DNA of 64,000 bases, from the IMG/VR virus record IMGVR_UViG_3300021466_000176. The stretch is one strand, 5' to 3'. The notes beneath the pieces were generated by a model. That model did no database searches, was not told where the DNA came from, and worked only from the letters and a program-made list of their open reading frames with translations. Below, one piece after another: positions 36,837 through 44,923 of this stretch. Each line of letters begins with the position of its first letter. Within the stretch, counting starts at the first letter, position 1. The position numbers and the translations under genes are program-made. This DNA comes from a virus.

Positions 36837-36876
36837 CTTTAGAAAAGTTATTGTCAAAGGCGCTCGTCGTGAGCGT

Positions 36877-37128
36877 ATGGGTGCGAGTTACGAGGTAGAT
36901 GCGTTCGAGAACCAAGTGAACAATGCGTTCCAGGAGTCGATGCGGACGACATTCGCACTCTGGACTATCAAGCGTGCCTTGGAGATCGAGGACGCTGGCG
37001 GAAGCGTCGATTGGGAGTTGATAGAAGATAATGTGTGGGATGCGAATGAGGCATCCGGGTTCGCTGAAACGTACATCTCAGATGAGCACGGTGTTGTCGA
37101 GCGGTTCCGCGATATTGAAGGCGATTAG
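36877..37128 (+). CDS. Hypothetical protein; stop codon lies inside tRNA-Val(TAC)
   Basis: 83 aa acidic. Confidence 0.55.
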   Translation: MGASYEVDAFENQVNNAFQESMRTTFALWTIKRALEIEDAGGSVDWELIEDNVWDANEASGFAETYISDEHGVVERFRDIEGD

Positions 37129-37191
37129 ATCAATAGGTAGATCATCTCGCTTACATCGAGAAGGTTTCCGGTTCGAGTCCGGAATCGCCTA
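37119..37191 (+). tRNA. tRNA-Val(TAC)
   Basis: Full cloverleaf. Confidence 0.93.
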
Positions 37192-37192
37192 C

Positions 37193-37266
37193 TCCTATCA
37201 GGCCCCAATGGTGGGGCGCTCGATTTGTAATCGAGATTATGCTGGGTTCGATTCCCAGGGTAGGAT
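37193..37266 (+). tRNA. tRNA-Thr(TGT)
   Basis: Full cloverleaf. Confidence 0.9.
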
Positions 37267-37271
37267 CTCCA

Positions 37272-37345
37272 GGGCCAATAGATTAATTGAACAAATCGCA
37301 GGTCTTCTAAACCTGAAATTCGGGGTTTGAATCCCTGTTGGTCCG
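37272..37345 (+). tRNA. tRNA-Arg(TCT)
   Basis: Cloverleaf; D-loop lacks GG. Confidence 0.88.
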
Positions 37346-37346
37346 T

Positions 37347-37418
37347 TCTCGGATAGTGCGAACGGCAACACACTCCCTTGGTATGGGAGAGATACGGGTT
37401 CGAATCCCGTTCCGAGAT
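37347..37418 (+). tRNA. tRNA-Thr(GGT)
   Basis: Full cloverleaf. Confidence 0.93.
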
Positions 37419-37490
37419 TCGGCGGAGGCTGTTGGTGACCGACTCCCTCTTATATAGGGAACCGCGCGGGTTCAAGTCCCGCCCGCCGTA
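37419..37490 (+). tRNA. tRNA-Ile(TAT)
   Basis: TCCCT-CT-TAT-AT-AGGGA anticodon arm, good T-arm, U1:U72 mismatch and weak D-arm. Confidence 0.75.
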
Positions 37491-37493
37491 TAC

Positions 37494-37565
37494 GGACCGG
37501 AGACCCATCAAGATGGGTACTGGCTTTTAACCAGGAGGTAGCGGGTGCAAATCCCGTCCGGTCCT
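37494..37565 (+). tRNA. tRNA-Lys(TTT), atypical D-arm
   Basis: D-arm is a near-perfect hairpin without GG; other arms intact. Confidence 0.8.
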
Positions 37566-37574
37566 TGCGAAATC

Positions 37575-37649
37575 GGGTTGGTAGCATGGACAGGAAAATG
37601 TGCTTGGCCCTTAACCAAGAGATCCCGGGTGCAACACCCGGCCAACCTT
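37575..37649 (+). tRNA. tRNA-Lys(CTT)
   Basis: Cloverleaf, T-loop TGCAACA. Confidence 0.85.
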
Positions 37650-37650
37650 T

Positions 37651-37724
37651 GCCAGTGTGACAGAGTGGCCCATCGTCCCGGACAGCAGATCCGGTGTGCA
37701 TAGGTTCGAATCCTATCACTGGCT
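37651..37724 (+). tRNA. tRNA-Cys(GCA)
   Basis: Cloverleaf, A at position 33. Confidence 0.87.
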
Positions 37725-37773
37725 TCCGATTCGGGAGAACGCTCAATACCTTCCGGATCGTACGCAGAGCAGA

Positions 37774-37846
37774 GCCCGGAGAGAAGCAATGGTGCTTCGC
37801 CGTGCTGTTGACACGGAGATGCGAGGTTCAATCCCTCGACCGGGCG
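37774..37846 (+). tRNA. tRNA-Asn(GTT)
   Basis: Cloverleaf, 7:66 mismatch. Confidence 0.88.
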
Positions 37847-37887
37847 TATATCCGAAATACTAAATTTCCACGGCTCCAGACCCATCC

Positions 37888-38217
37888 ATGGATCACCCGG
37901 AACCCCACGAACACACACCCCGATATACCCACGCAATACACGAGCAGGACGAAGATTACTACGAATACGATCTCGTTCTTTCCGCCGACTTATCCCATCT
38001 GAATCAGGTCAAAGACCGTGAGTTAGATGAAAAAGAGGCCGGAGACGTTCTCCATCAGATAGCAAGTGCCGATTTGTCCGATGACTCCTACTGTAGACAA
38101 CTCAACGCTGAAAATCCGGGATTGCAGCCGATCAATAGACAACGAGCGGAATTAGAAGACGCGAAAGTAATCAATCCGGAAGATGAGTGGTGGGTCATGA
38201 AAATCCGCCTGGAATAA
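37888..38217 (+). CDS. Hypothetical protein
   Basis: 109 aa acidic. Confidence 0.65.
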   Translation: MDHPEPHEHTPRYTHAIHEQDEDYYEYDLVLSADLSHLNQVKDRELDEKEAGDVLHQIASADLSDDSYCRQLNAENPGLQPINRQRAELEDAKVINPEDEWWVMKIRLE

Positions 38218-38390
38218 TGAATAAAACTGCTATCTCGATAATTGTACTCGGGATCGGACTGATTATCATGGCTACCCTGACTGTAAATGGAAAGCCCTAC
38301 TACGCAATTGTTAACGCAGCTATAGGAGGTTGGGTTATCGTAATAGGAATATACAACCGAAAAGAAATAATCAATGAAAGAGCAAACTGA
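38217..38390 (+). CDS. Small two-helix membrane protein
   Basis: 57 aa from ATG overlapping upstream stop. Confidence 0.55.
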   Translation: MNKTAISIIVLGIGLIIMATLTVNGKPYYAIVNAAIGGWVIVIGIYNRKEIINERAN

Positions 38391-38592
38391 AATACCCGAC
38401 GACTGGATACCACTCACGAAGTTCGATGCCGATGGGAAGGAAAACGGAGATCCCGTAGGAGGGACCTATCTAATCGAAGGAGAACGTCAGCTACAGATAG
38501 TTCAGGTCAAGAAGGAACCGCCACACGATCTCATCAGTCTCTATCCTGATGAGATGAAACAGTTGGTTCATGCGTTAGTAGATAGAATTTAA
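38374..38592 (+). CDS. Small hypothetical protein
   Basis: 72 aa. Confidence 0.55.
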   Translation: MKEQTEIPDDWIPLTKFDADGKENGDPVGGTYLIEGERQLQIVQVKKEPPHDLISLYPDEMKQLVHALVDRI

Positions 38593-39068
38593 CTCGTCAG
38601 CAAGAGGGTCATTATTCCGGTGCCCCCTGCGATGAGCACCAGGAGAATTCCCATGGTAATGATGATCTGATTAACCTCTTTATCTCCAGCTTTACAGTAC
38701 CCTTCAGGACCTGGATAGAGGAACTCACGATCGCTGATCGGACGGAAGGGGCGAACGCCCATCGGGTTGAGCGAGTCAAGCGCGATATGAGTAAGGACAC
38801 CGACTCCGAGGAACATCCCGATTGGGGAATTGACATTCAGTGGTATTGTAAGCGCGTATCCAACCACTGTCATACATAGCGCGAAGGCTATTGTGTGGGT
38901 TAGGCCCCTATGCTCAAGTACATCAATGTGAGCGTCTATATCCGGAAGCATCGCGCCGGTTACGATGGTTACCATCATGAGTGCTGAGTACCACGGATAG
39001 GGGACCGAAATAGCGAGAAATGTACTACAAACAGCGAGAGCGCCACCCAAGTGCCCCTCGTAGTGCAT
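38589..39068 (-). CDS. YdjM-like membrane metal-dependent hydrolase
   Basis: GH, GAMLPDID, HRGLTH, THIALD..NPMG motifs. Confidence 0.85.
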   Translation of the reverse strand: MHYEGHLGGALAVCSTFLAISVPYPWYSALMMVTIVTGAMLPDIDAHIDVLEHRGLTHTIAFALCMTVVGYALTIPLNVNSPIGMFLGVGVLTHIALDSLNPMGVRPFRPISDREFLYPGPEGYCKAGDKEVNQIIITMGILLVLIAGGTGIMTLLLTS

Positions 39069-39319
39069 TATTCGAACGATCCTCCGGCGATGGTGCCGAT
39101 GAGGACTCCGGACCAGTAATACCCGGATTCGTACGCGAGATCGGCCAAGTGTCCGCCCGGTTTGTGACCCCTCGTCGTGTCGGTTTCAGCGCCGACACTC
39201 ATCCGTGCGGTTTCGAGTAATGGGCCGTTCTGTCCGGTACGTTCAGCATGGACGGCAGTTCCGAACCCGATGGTGAAGGCATGGATTTCCTCGGGTGATG
39301 GGATGATTTCGTCGTACAT
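39068..39319 (-). CDS. Small hypothetical protein
   Basis: 83 aa, coupled to next gene. Confidence 0.55.
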   Translation of the reverse strand: MYDEIIPSPEEIHAFTIGFGTAVHAERTGQNGPLLETARMSVGAETDTTRGHKPGGHLADLAYESGYYWSGVLIGTIAGGSFE

Positions 39320-39604
39320 ATGTTACTCTCTAAATTCAAATTGTATCCATACCGTTAAGTCTGTTTTCATTTTCCATAATGAATATTTCTATCGATAGAT
39401 TTAAGTGCAGTTGCTACCAACCGACAGGTAACCTGAGTCCGACCGTCCAGCCGGGCTTGGGGTGTCGTGCTACGGGGTTCCGGGGATGAACGCCGTCGTC
39501 GGGCGTCAGGCGGGGATTGACAGCTCCCGAACGAAAGCCGAGCGCCCCACGAAAGATGTGTCGTTGTTCATCTTCAAACCCATTCAATCCCATCCTGAGA
39601 GACA

Positions 39605-40303
39605 TCAGTCTTCGTGGTAGAAGTATTCCTCGACGGCTACCGGAGCGATCCAGTAGTTAGGTGTGTACCGTGCTAACGTGGCGAGGTAGACTGCCGGATC
39701 GGTGATCGGCGTCTCCTTCGGGTCGTATCCGAGCCCCTGATAGTGTGGATCGCTCGACTCGCCGAAGAAGCCGACACAATTGACCATCACGAACTCCTGT
39801 CGTAAATCAAGCAACCATTCGAGATCCGCTTCCCGCTCGGGTTCTTTGCTGTAATCGACGCTTGAGAGGTACGCTACTACCGATTCGTTCTGGAAAGTGT
39901 CGATAATCGATTCGCGTGCGTGCTTACGATCCGGATGGTTCGGCGGCTGATCCGGATCGAGGACGATCCCGTAGGCTCGATCGAACGACCCATCCGAGTC
40001 TTCATGTAGCACGTTCCCTCGCTGGAGGTGAGCGCGGGCTTCAACTGGTTGGATGGGTTCGAATAGTCGCTCGATGCTTCGAGCGATCGGAGAATATTCG
40101 CCGAACACCTGTGTTGCTCGTTCGGCGGATCGAACGGGGTGTACTTCGTTCAGTTCCTGGTCGTCGATATCGTGGGTCGGAGTGTATCCGACGACGAGCG
40201 GAGAGTGTCCGTGATGTGGTTGGGTCCAGGGTGGCTCGTATTCTCGCCCATTAAATGTTAACGTGTCAAACGTACCGTCAGCCGAAGAGTACGATTGAGT
40301 CAT
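39605..40303 (-). CDS. Hypothetical protein
   Basis: ~232 aa. Confidence 0.65.
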   Translation of the reverse strand: MTQSYSSADGTFDTLTFNGREYEPPWTQPHHGHSPLVVGYTPTHDIDDQELNEVHPVRSAERATQVFGEYSPIARSIERLFEPIQPVEARAHLQRGNVLHEDSDGSFDRAYGIVLDPDQPPNHPDRKHARESIIDTFQNESVVAYLSSVDYSKEPEREADLEWLLDLRQEFVMVNCVGFFGESSDPHYQGLGYDPKETPITDPAVYLATLARYTPNYWIAPVAVEEYFYHED

Positions 40304-40703
40304 CTGGGTCTTGAAGTGTATGCGGGACGCCACCGACATCCGGCCAATATATTTGTTTGATCTCTACTTCTCGTACCCTATTGACACGCTCTTTCGTGAC
40401 CACATACTCCGCAATGAAGTCCATGTAGTTATAGAGGAGTTCCGATGGCGGATTATCCGAGCACAACTCCTCGAAGTTGCTTTCGAAATCCGAATCGCTA
40501 AACAAATCCGGAAGGTCCTCGACGTGAGAGTACCCACTACTCTCATCGTATTCGCCCTTGCCGATGAACCTCACATCCGAGCACTCGGTTCGCGTCTGAA
40601 ACCTCGCTGATCCGATAGCGATTTTTCTTTCCGCGTCGTCATCGTTGATCAGTAACCCACCCCAGGTGTTCACGTCGTCTAAATTCCTGGAGTCACGTCC
40701 CAT
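40278..40703 (-). CDS. Hypothetical protein
   Basis: 141 aa acidic. Confidence 0.6.
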   Translation of the reverse strand: MGRDSRNLDDVNTWGGLLINDDDAERKIAIGSARFQTRTECSDVRFIGKGEYDESSGYSHVEDLPDLFSDSDFESNFEELCSDNPPSELLYNYMDFIAEYVVTKERVNRVREVEIKQIYWPDVGGVPHTLQDPDDSIVLFG

Positions 40704-40758
40704 AAAAGATACACTAATCCTCCACGGTTAAATTCCTTTCTGCTTTTAAAATACAATC

Positions 40759-41364
40759 TCACTCGGTGTCGTTATCGGAAGCTGCCTGGAACATCTCCTC
40801 GTGCTGCTGTGCGTCTTCTCTCGAACTTTCAATGAACTCCCGCACGTCATCGGCATAGACCTCGGCTGTGAAAGACGGCATCCCTTCAGGTTCAGGAACT
40901 CTGGCTCTGATTCCGATCGGTCGTTCAGATTCAACAGTTTCCGTTCCATCCGGACCTTCGATCGTTTCAGTGACTGTCTCCATCAGAACCTCATCAGCAT
41001 AACCAACGTTCCGGTCTGATAGTTGCACTGGAAGGTTCGTCTTGACAAACACTTTCCGGAAGAGCCAACCGGCATCTTCCTCGGGTGGGTATACGTCGAT
41101 CTGCCAATCAGCAAACTCCCGGCAGGCGACCTCGACCCGATAATCGTATTCAGTCTCGAATACCAGTACGTCCCCAAAGTCACTACCGTCCTCTTCGACC
41201 CAGGCGTTCTCGCCGGGCACTTCCTCCGGAAACTCGTCCCACTCAGGATACCAGTGAGCTTCGGTCGGTACGTCATCCGGGGAGATCATGTGTTCCTCGG
41301 ATAACTCTTCAGTCGTGATTCCTTCCTCGCGGACCTCTTCAGGATCGAGCATACGTGATACCAT
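40759..41364 (-). CDS. Hypothetical very acidic protein
   Basis: 201 aa. Confidence 0.65.
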   Translation of the reverse strand: MVSRMLDPEEVREEGITTEELSEEHMISPDDVPTEAHWYPEWDEFPEEVPGENAWVEEDGSDFGDVLVFETEYDYRVEVACREFADWQIDVYPPEEDAGWLFRKVFVKTNLPVQLSDRNVGYADEVLMETVTETIEGPDGTETVESERPIGIRARVPEPEGMPSFTAEVYADDVREFIESSREDAQQHEEMFQAASDNDTE

Positions 41365-41483
41365 CCCATCCGAGGAGGAATCAATCCATCGATATCCAGA
41401 CGATTTGATCCCGAAATTTGAACCCGATTTTCTCGTCTCTTACCCCAGTGGTAGCGTGCCGAAAACGGGGTTCTAATTTTTGC

Positions 41484-43457
41484 TCAGAGTCGGTCGGTCA
41501 GCTCCGATCCGGTAACCACTTCCATGCCCGCATCCTCAACCGCCCGAGCGTACTCACGGAGTTGGGACTTCGTGATGTCATTGCCACTTGCGCCGGACTC
41601 GACTACATTGTGGATCATTATCGGAACTACGCCGTCTTGTTGGGATTCTCTCTCGATCGCGTTGAGCACCTCGCTTCGGTCGTGCCCCGTGTAGCGACCG
41701 ATTCGGTACTTACTGTCGTAGTTCGGCGGTTCCGCGCCACCGCCACCGAAACCGATCGCGTAGTAGTCACTGACAATCGAGGCGATGTCCGAATTACCGG
41801 ATCCTTTCGGATAGACGAACGTCGCCGATTGGAAGCCTTCGGAATCGAGCCACTCGCTCGATTCCCGGATCTGATATCGCTGTTCGGACTCGGAGAAGTT
41901 AGTCAGTGGTTCGTGATCGACCGTGTGAGATCCCACTTCCCACCCCATCGATTCGAGTTCCTCTAACTCCTGGATGGTGAGGTAACTCGTATACTGAGCC
42001 TTGCTCCCATCCGGATCGTCCTTCGGACGATCCGTGATAACATCAACCGTGCCAGGATAACCGAAGTCAGAAAGTACATCCGCCCCGTTACTCAGAGCGG
42101 TTTCATTACCGTCATCGAAGATGAACAACGCGACCCCATTTCCTCGATCGGATCCACCGTCCGACCCGCCGTTCGATCCACTACCCGACCCATCCCCGAT
42201 AGATGACGGGTCTACTTGGTCCCCATCGATCAATACCTCCGCTGGCCCCGACATATCGAAGGAACTCACGCTGCCGGTGTAGAAGTAGTTGTCCGATCCG
42301 CGCCCGCCGATCGTCGAGATCGCCGATGAACCGCTGATCGAATCCGTTCCGGAGTCGTAGTCCTCGCCCGATGTGAGATCGCCACTAACCGAGAACTGGA
42401 TTCGAGCGGATTCGCCGACGGCGTTGAACCTGATTTCGGACTCCTCGCCCCCCTCGCCCTCGGGCGGGTCAGGCTCTGTCGTCTCATCATTACTGTCATC
42501 AGGAGTCCCACCGACCGAATCCGGATCGACTTCGGTGCCGCCGACATACACTTCAGCAGGACCAGTGAGTTCGAAGTATTCGATTGCATCGCTGTTGCCG
42601 TCGATGAAGTAATTATCGGATCCCCGCCCGCCGATGGTGCCCGACGCCGAGACAGAATCGTATTCGTCGTTATAGTTCACGTCGGGACCGGGGGAGAGTC
42701 CAGTAGCAACGGAAAAGTCATATGCTGCTGACTCGCCGACCGCATCGATCCGGAGTTCGGTTTCGGTATCGGTGTCTGACCCACCGTCCGAGCCGCCACC
42801 CGAGCCATCGTCCGAACCGCCATCCGAACCGCCGAATGAGTCGGGATCGACCGTCTCGCCCTCGATAAGTACGTTTACCTCTCCCTCGGCCGAAAAGCCC
42901 GTAATCTCGCCAGTGAAATCGTACCCGTCCGCGCCTCCTGCTACTGTCCCGGAGGCGTCACTGCCGGATACGTCGTCGCCTTCAGGCTCGTCAGCGCGTG
43001 TTAGAGAACCACTAACAGTGAACTGGTAGTCGTTCAGATCATCACCGTCCGGGTCCTCGACCACGATCCGTCGAGTTGTGGGATCGTCAGTTTCCGGATC
43101 GTCGGCGGCATCATCGTCGGACGATACGGTCAGTTCATCCCGAGTCACCACTTCCCCGTTCAATTCGAGTTCGAGGTTCCCCGGTCCGTTGAACGAAACG
43201 ACCGACCCAGTGAAGGAATACCCATCCGACCCGCCATAGACCGTCCCGGAAGCGGAGTCGCCCGAAGTATCATCTCCTCGTGGGTTTTCAAGCGCCGATA
43301 CATCACCACTAACCGTGAAGTCGTAATCTTTGGGTGAGTCTGCGGGATCGATAACGACGAGCGTGTTCGCCTGTTGTGCTGATACGGACGACACACCGGC
43401 TCCGATAATGGTCAAACTCCCTGCTGCTCCTGCTTGAATGAACTCTCTTCTTCGCAT
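41484..43457 (-). CDS. Tat-secreted polysaccharide deacetylase (CE4/NodB) with four N-terminal beta-repeat domains
   Basis: MRRREF signal; FIFDDG, EVGSHTVDH, FVYPKG, IMIHN. Confidence 0.85.
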   Translation of the reverse strand: MRRREFIQAGAAGSLTIIGAGVSSVSAQQANTLVVIDPADSPKDYDFTVSGDVSALENPRGDDTSGDSASGTVYGGSDGYSFTGSVVSFNGPGNLELELNGEVVTRDELTVSSDDDAADDPETDDPTTRRIVVEDPDGDDLNDYQFTVSGSLTRADEPEGDDVSGSDASGTVAGGADGYDFTGEITGFSAEGEVNVLIEGETVDPDSFGGSDGGSDDGSGGGSDGGSDTDTETELRIDAVGESAAYDFSVATGLSPGPDVNYNDEYDSVSASGTIGGRGSDNYFIDGNSDAIEYFELTGPAEVYVGGTEVDPDSVGGTPDDSNDETTEPDPPEGEGGEESEIRFNAVGESARIQFSVSGDLTSGEDYDSGTDSISGSSAISTIGGRGSDNYFYTGSVSSFDMSGPAEVLIDGDQVDPSSIGDGSGSGSNGGSDGGSDRGNGVALFIFDDGNETALSNGADVLSDFGYPGTVDVITDRPKDDPDGSKAQYTSYLTIQELEELESMGWEVGSHTVDHEPLTNFSESEQRYQIRESSEWLDSEGFQSATFVYPKGSGNSDIASIVSDYYAIGFGGGGAEPPNYDSKYRIGRYTGHDRSEVLNAIERESQQDGVVPIMIHNVVESGASGNDITKSQLREYARAVEDAGMEVVTGSELTDRL

Positions 43458-43495
43458 TACAGTTTAACTGTCGGATTAGTATGTTAAATATCTTT

Positions 43496-44728
43496 TTAAT
43501 CAAACCCGCCAAATTTCCAAACGACGAATATGAATACAGCCAGAATGATGAGGAGAATCGGCCCCACCAACAACGTCGCAACGGCGAACCCGCCGAGGTA
43601 CAGCAGTCCGGTTTGCATGGCGGCGATGATCGGTGAGAATATCCCACCGGATGGGCCGCCGATCGTACCAGTACCACCGCCGACACCCGAGGCCGCACGG
43701 ACTGGGGTCCGTGGAGCGCCGGGCGGAGGACTACGATCGGGATTCGAACCTATTTCTCCCCGGATCACCGGGTCCGTACCGCCAGCTTCATTATTATCGA
43801 TCGGTTCATCCGCCCGGATATCGACGTTCTCGAACGTAGTGACCGCTGTCCACCGCCGATCCGGTTTGATTCTCCCCTGGTGGTTGTTCAGTCTAACTCC
43901 AGATCCGGCCCCGTCAGGTTGAATTATATCGACGTTGCGGAACAAGACTCCATCGAACGTATCCGAGCGTTGTTTCGGGTTCTTCCCGGACGCGAATGTA
44001 TTGGCGACGGCTGGCCCGCCGATATTTACAAGCGTCGAGTTGACGATATAGCTTCCATCACTTCCCAACCGAAGGCCATACCCCGTCTCAGGACCGAAAC
44101 CAACGTCTTTAACATAAGCTTGCTCGAACCCGACTGTCCCCTCGTTGCCTTCGATCTTCTTATTTCCGTCCGTAATTGACGGCGGATTGCCAGGTCTGCT
44201 CGCATACGCGCCGTCCTCGGCTACGTCAGTGAACGTGACGCGATTGGCCTCTATCTTTCCTTTGTGCTTCGGATGGACGAACAAGACGTTAGAAGCCAGA
44301 TCACTCGCCCAAACGTTGTACATCAGGCCCACCCCATCCGAGGACTCGACTCGGAGGTTAAACGGTGGGTCCTCGCTCGCCGAATGGTTCGTGACGGCGA
44401 CGTTCCGGATGGTCCACCCCGTACCACTGGCATCGATGTCTACTTGCCCACCATCCGCTTTGAACCAGACGTTCTCCAGGATATCCCCGTTCGATAGGCT
44501 CATCGAACAGTCACCGCGTACGATCCGGTAACTCACACCCTCGCCGGGAGGCTCGTTCTTTACGTCCTCACAGTCCGCCACTACCGTTCGTCCGGACGAC
44601 TCAGCCGCTGGCCCACCCGATGAATTGCTCCCATCAGCGGCGGGCTGTGCGGCTGCTGGAGCGACGAGTCCGATCGAGAGGAAAACAACCAAAACGACAA
44701 ACAGAAACCCTCTCGACCAGTTTCTCAT
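43496..44728 (-). CDS. Secreted, C-terminally anchored parallel beta-helix protein
   Basis: Sec-type signal, repeating IRNV/FRNVDI-type rungs, C-terminal hydrophobic anchor. Confidence 0.65.
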   Translation of the reverse strand: MRNWSRGFLFVVLVVFLSIGLVAPAAAQPAADGSNSSGGPAAESSGRTVVADCEDVKNEPPGEGVSYRIVRGDCSMSLSNGDILENVWFKADGGQVDIDASGTGWTIRNVAVTNHSASEDPPFNLRVESSDGVGLMYNVWASDLASNVLFVHPKHKGKIEANRVTFTDVAEDGAYASRPGNPPSITDGNKKIEGNEGTVGFEQAYVKDVGFGPETGYGLRLGSDGSYIVNSTLVNIGGPAVANTFASGKNPKQRSDTFDGVLFRNVDIIQPDGAGSGVRLNNHQGRIKPDRRWTAVTTFENVDIRADEPIDNNEAGGTDPVIRGEIGSNPDRSPPPGAPRTPVRAASGVGGGTGTIGGPSGGIFSPIIAAMQTGLLYLGGFAVATLLVGPILLIILAVFIFVVWKFGGFD

Positions 44729-44923
44729 TATTGTTCTCAATTGCTCAATGGCAGTTAGTTGTATCGATATCGAGATGAACTACGGACATCGACCCGAGTT
44801 CGCGTTCCTTGTCCGTGACTACTACTGGACAGTAGTTGTTTGGGAGATTAAACTACATCGAAGAGATACTTAGCTGGTAAGTAAGAGGCAAGCTTATGAA
44901 CTAAGGGTGATTAGGCCACCCCA

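Larger units (their letters stand above)
32939..36862. repeat. Family of REP-like hairpins (AACTTT[T]AG[G]AAAAGTT..TCAAAAACCGC and inverted halves) interspersed in the tRNA array
   Basis: Copies at 32939-33007, 34149-74, 34281-355, 34582-612, 34766-834, 35888-983, 36147-76, 36834-62; also 26878-903, 14558, 5312. Confidence 0.85.

Noticed and set aside
33022-37936. Many short ORFs over the tRNA array (e.g. 34981-35379, 35091 start, 37450-37746)
   Set aside because: Overlap well-formed tRNA genes; only the four inter-tRNA ORFs were kept
39414-39605. 63-aa minus ORF
   Set aside because: Basic, non-haloarchaeal composition; region may be non-coding but I could not support a structure
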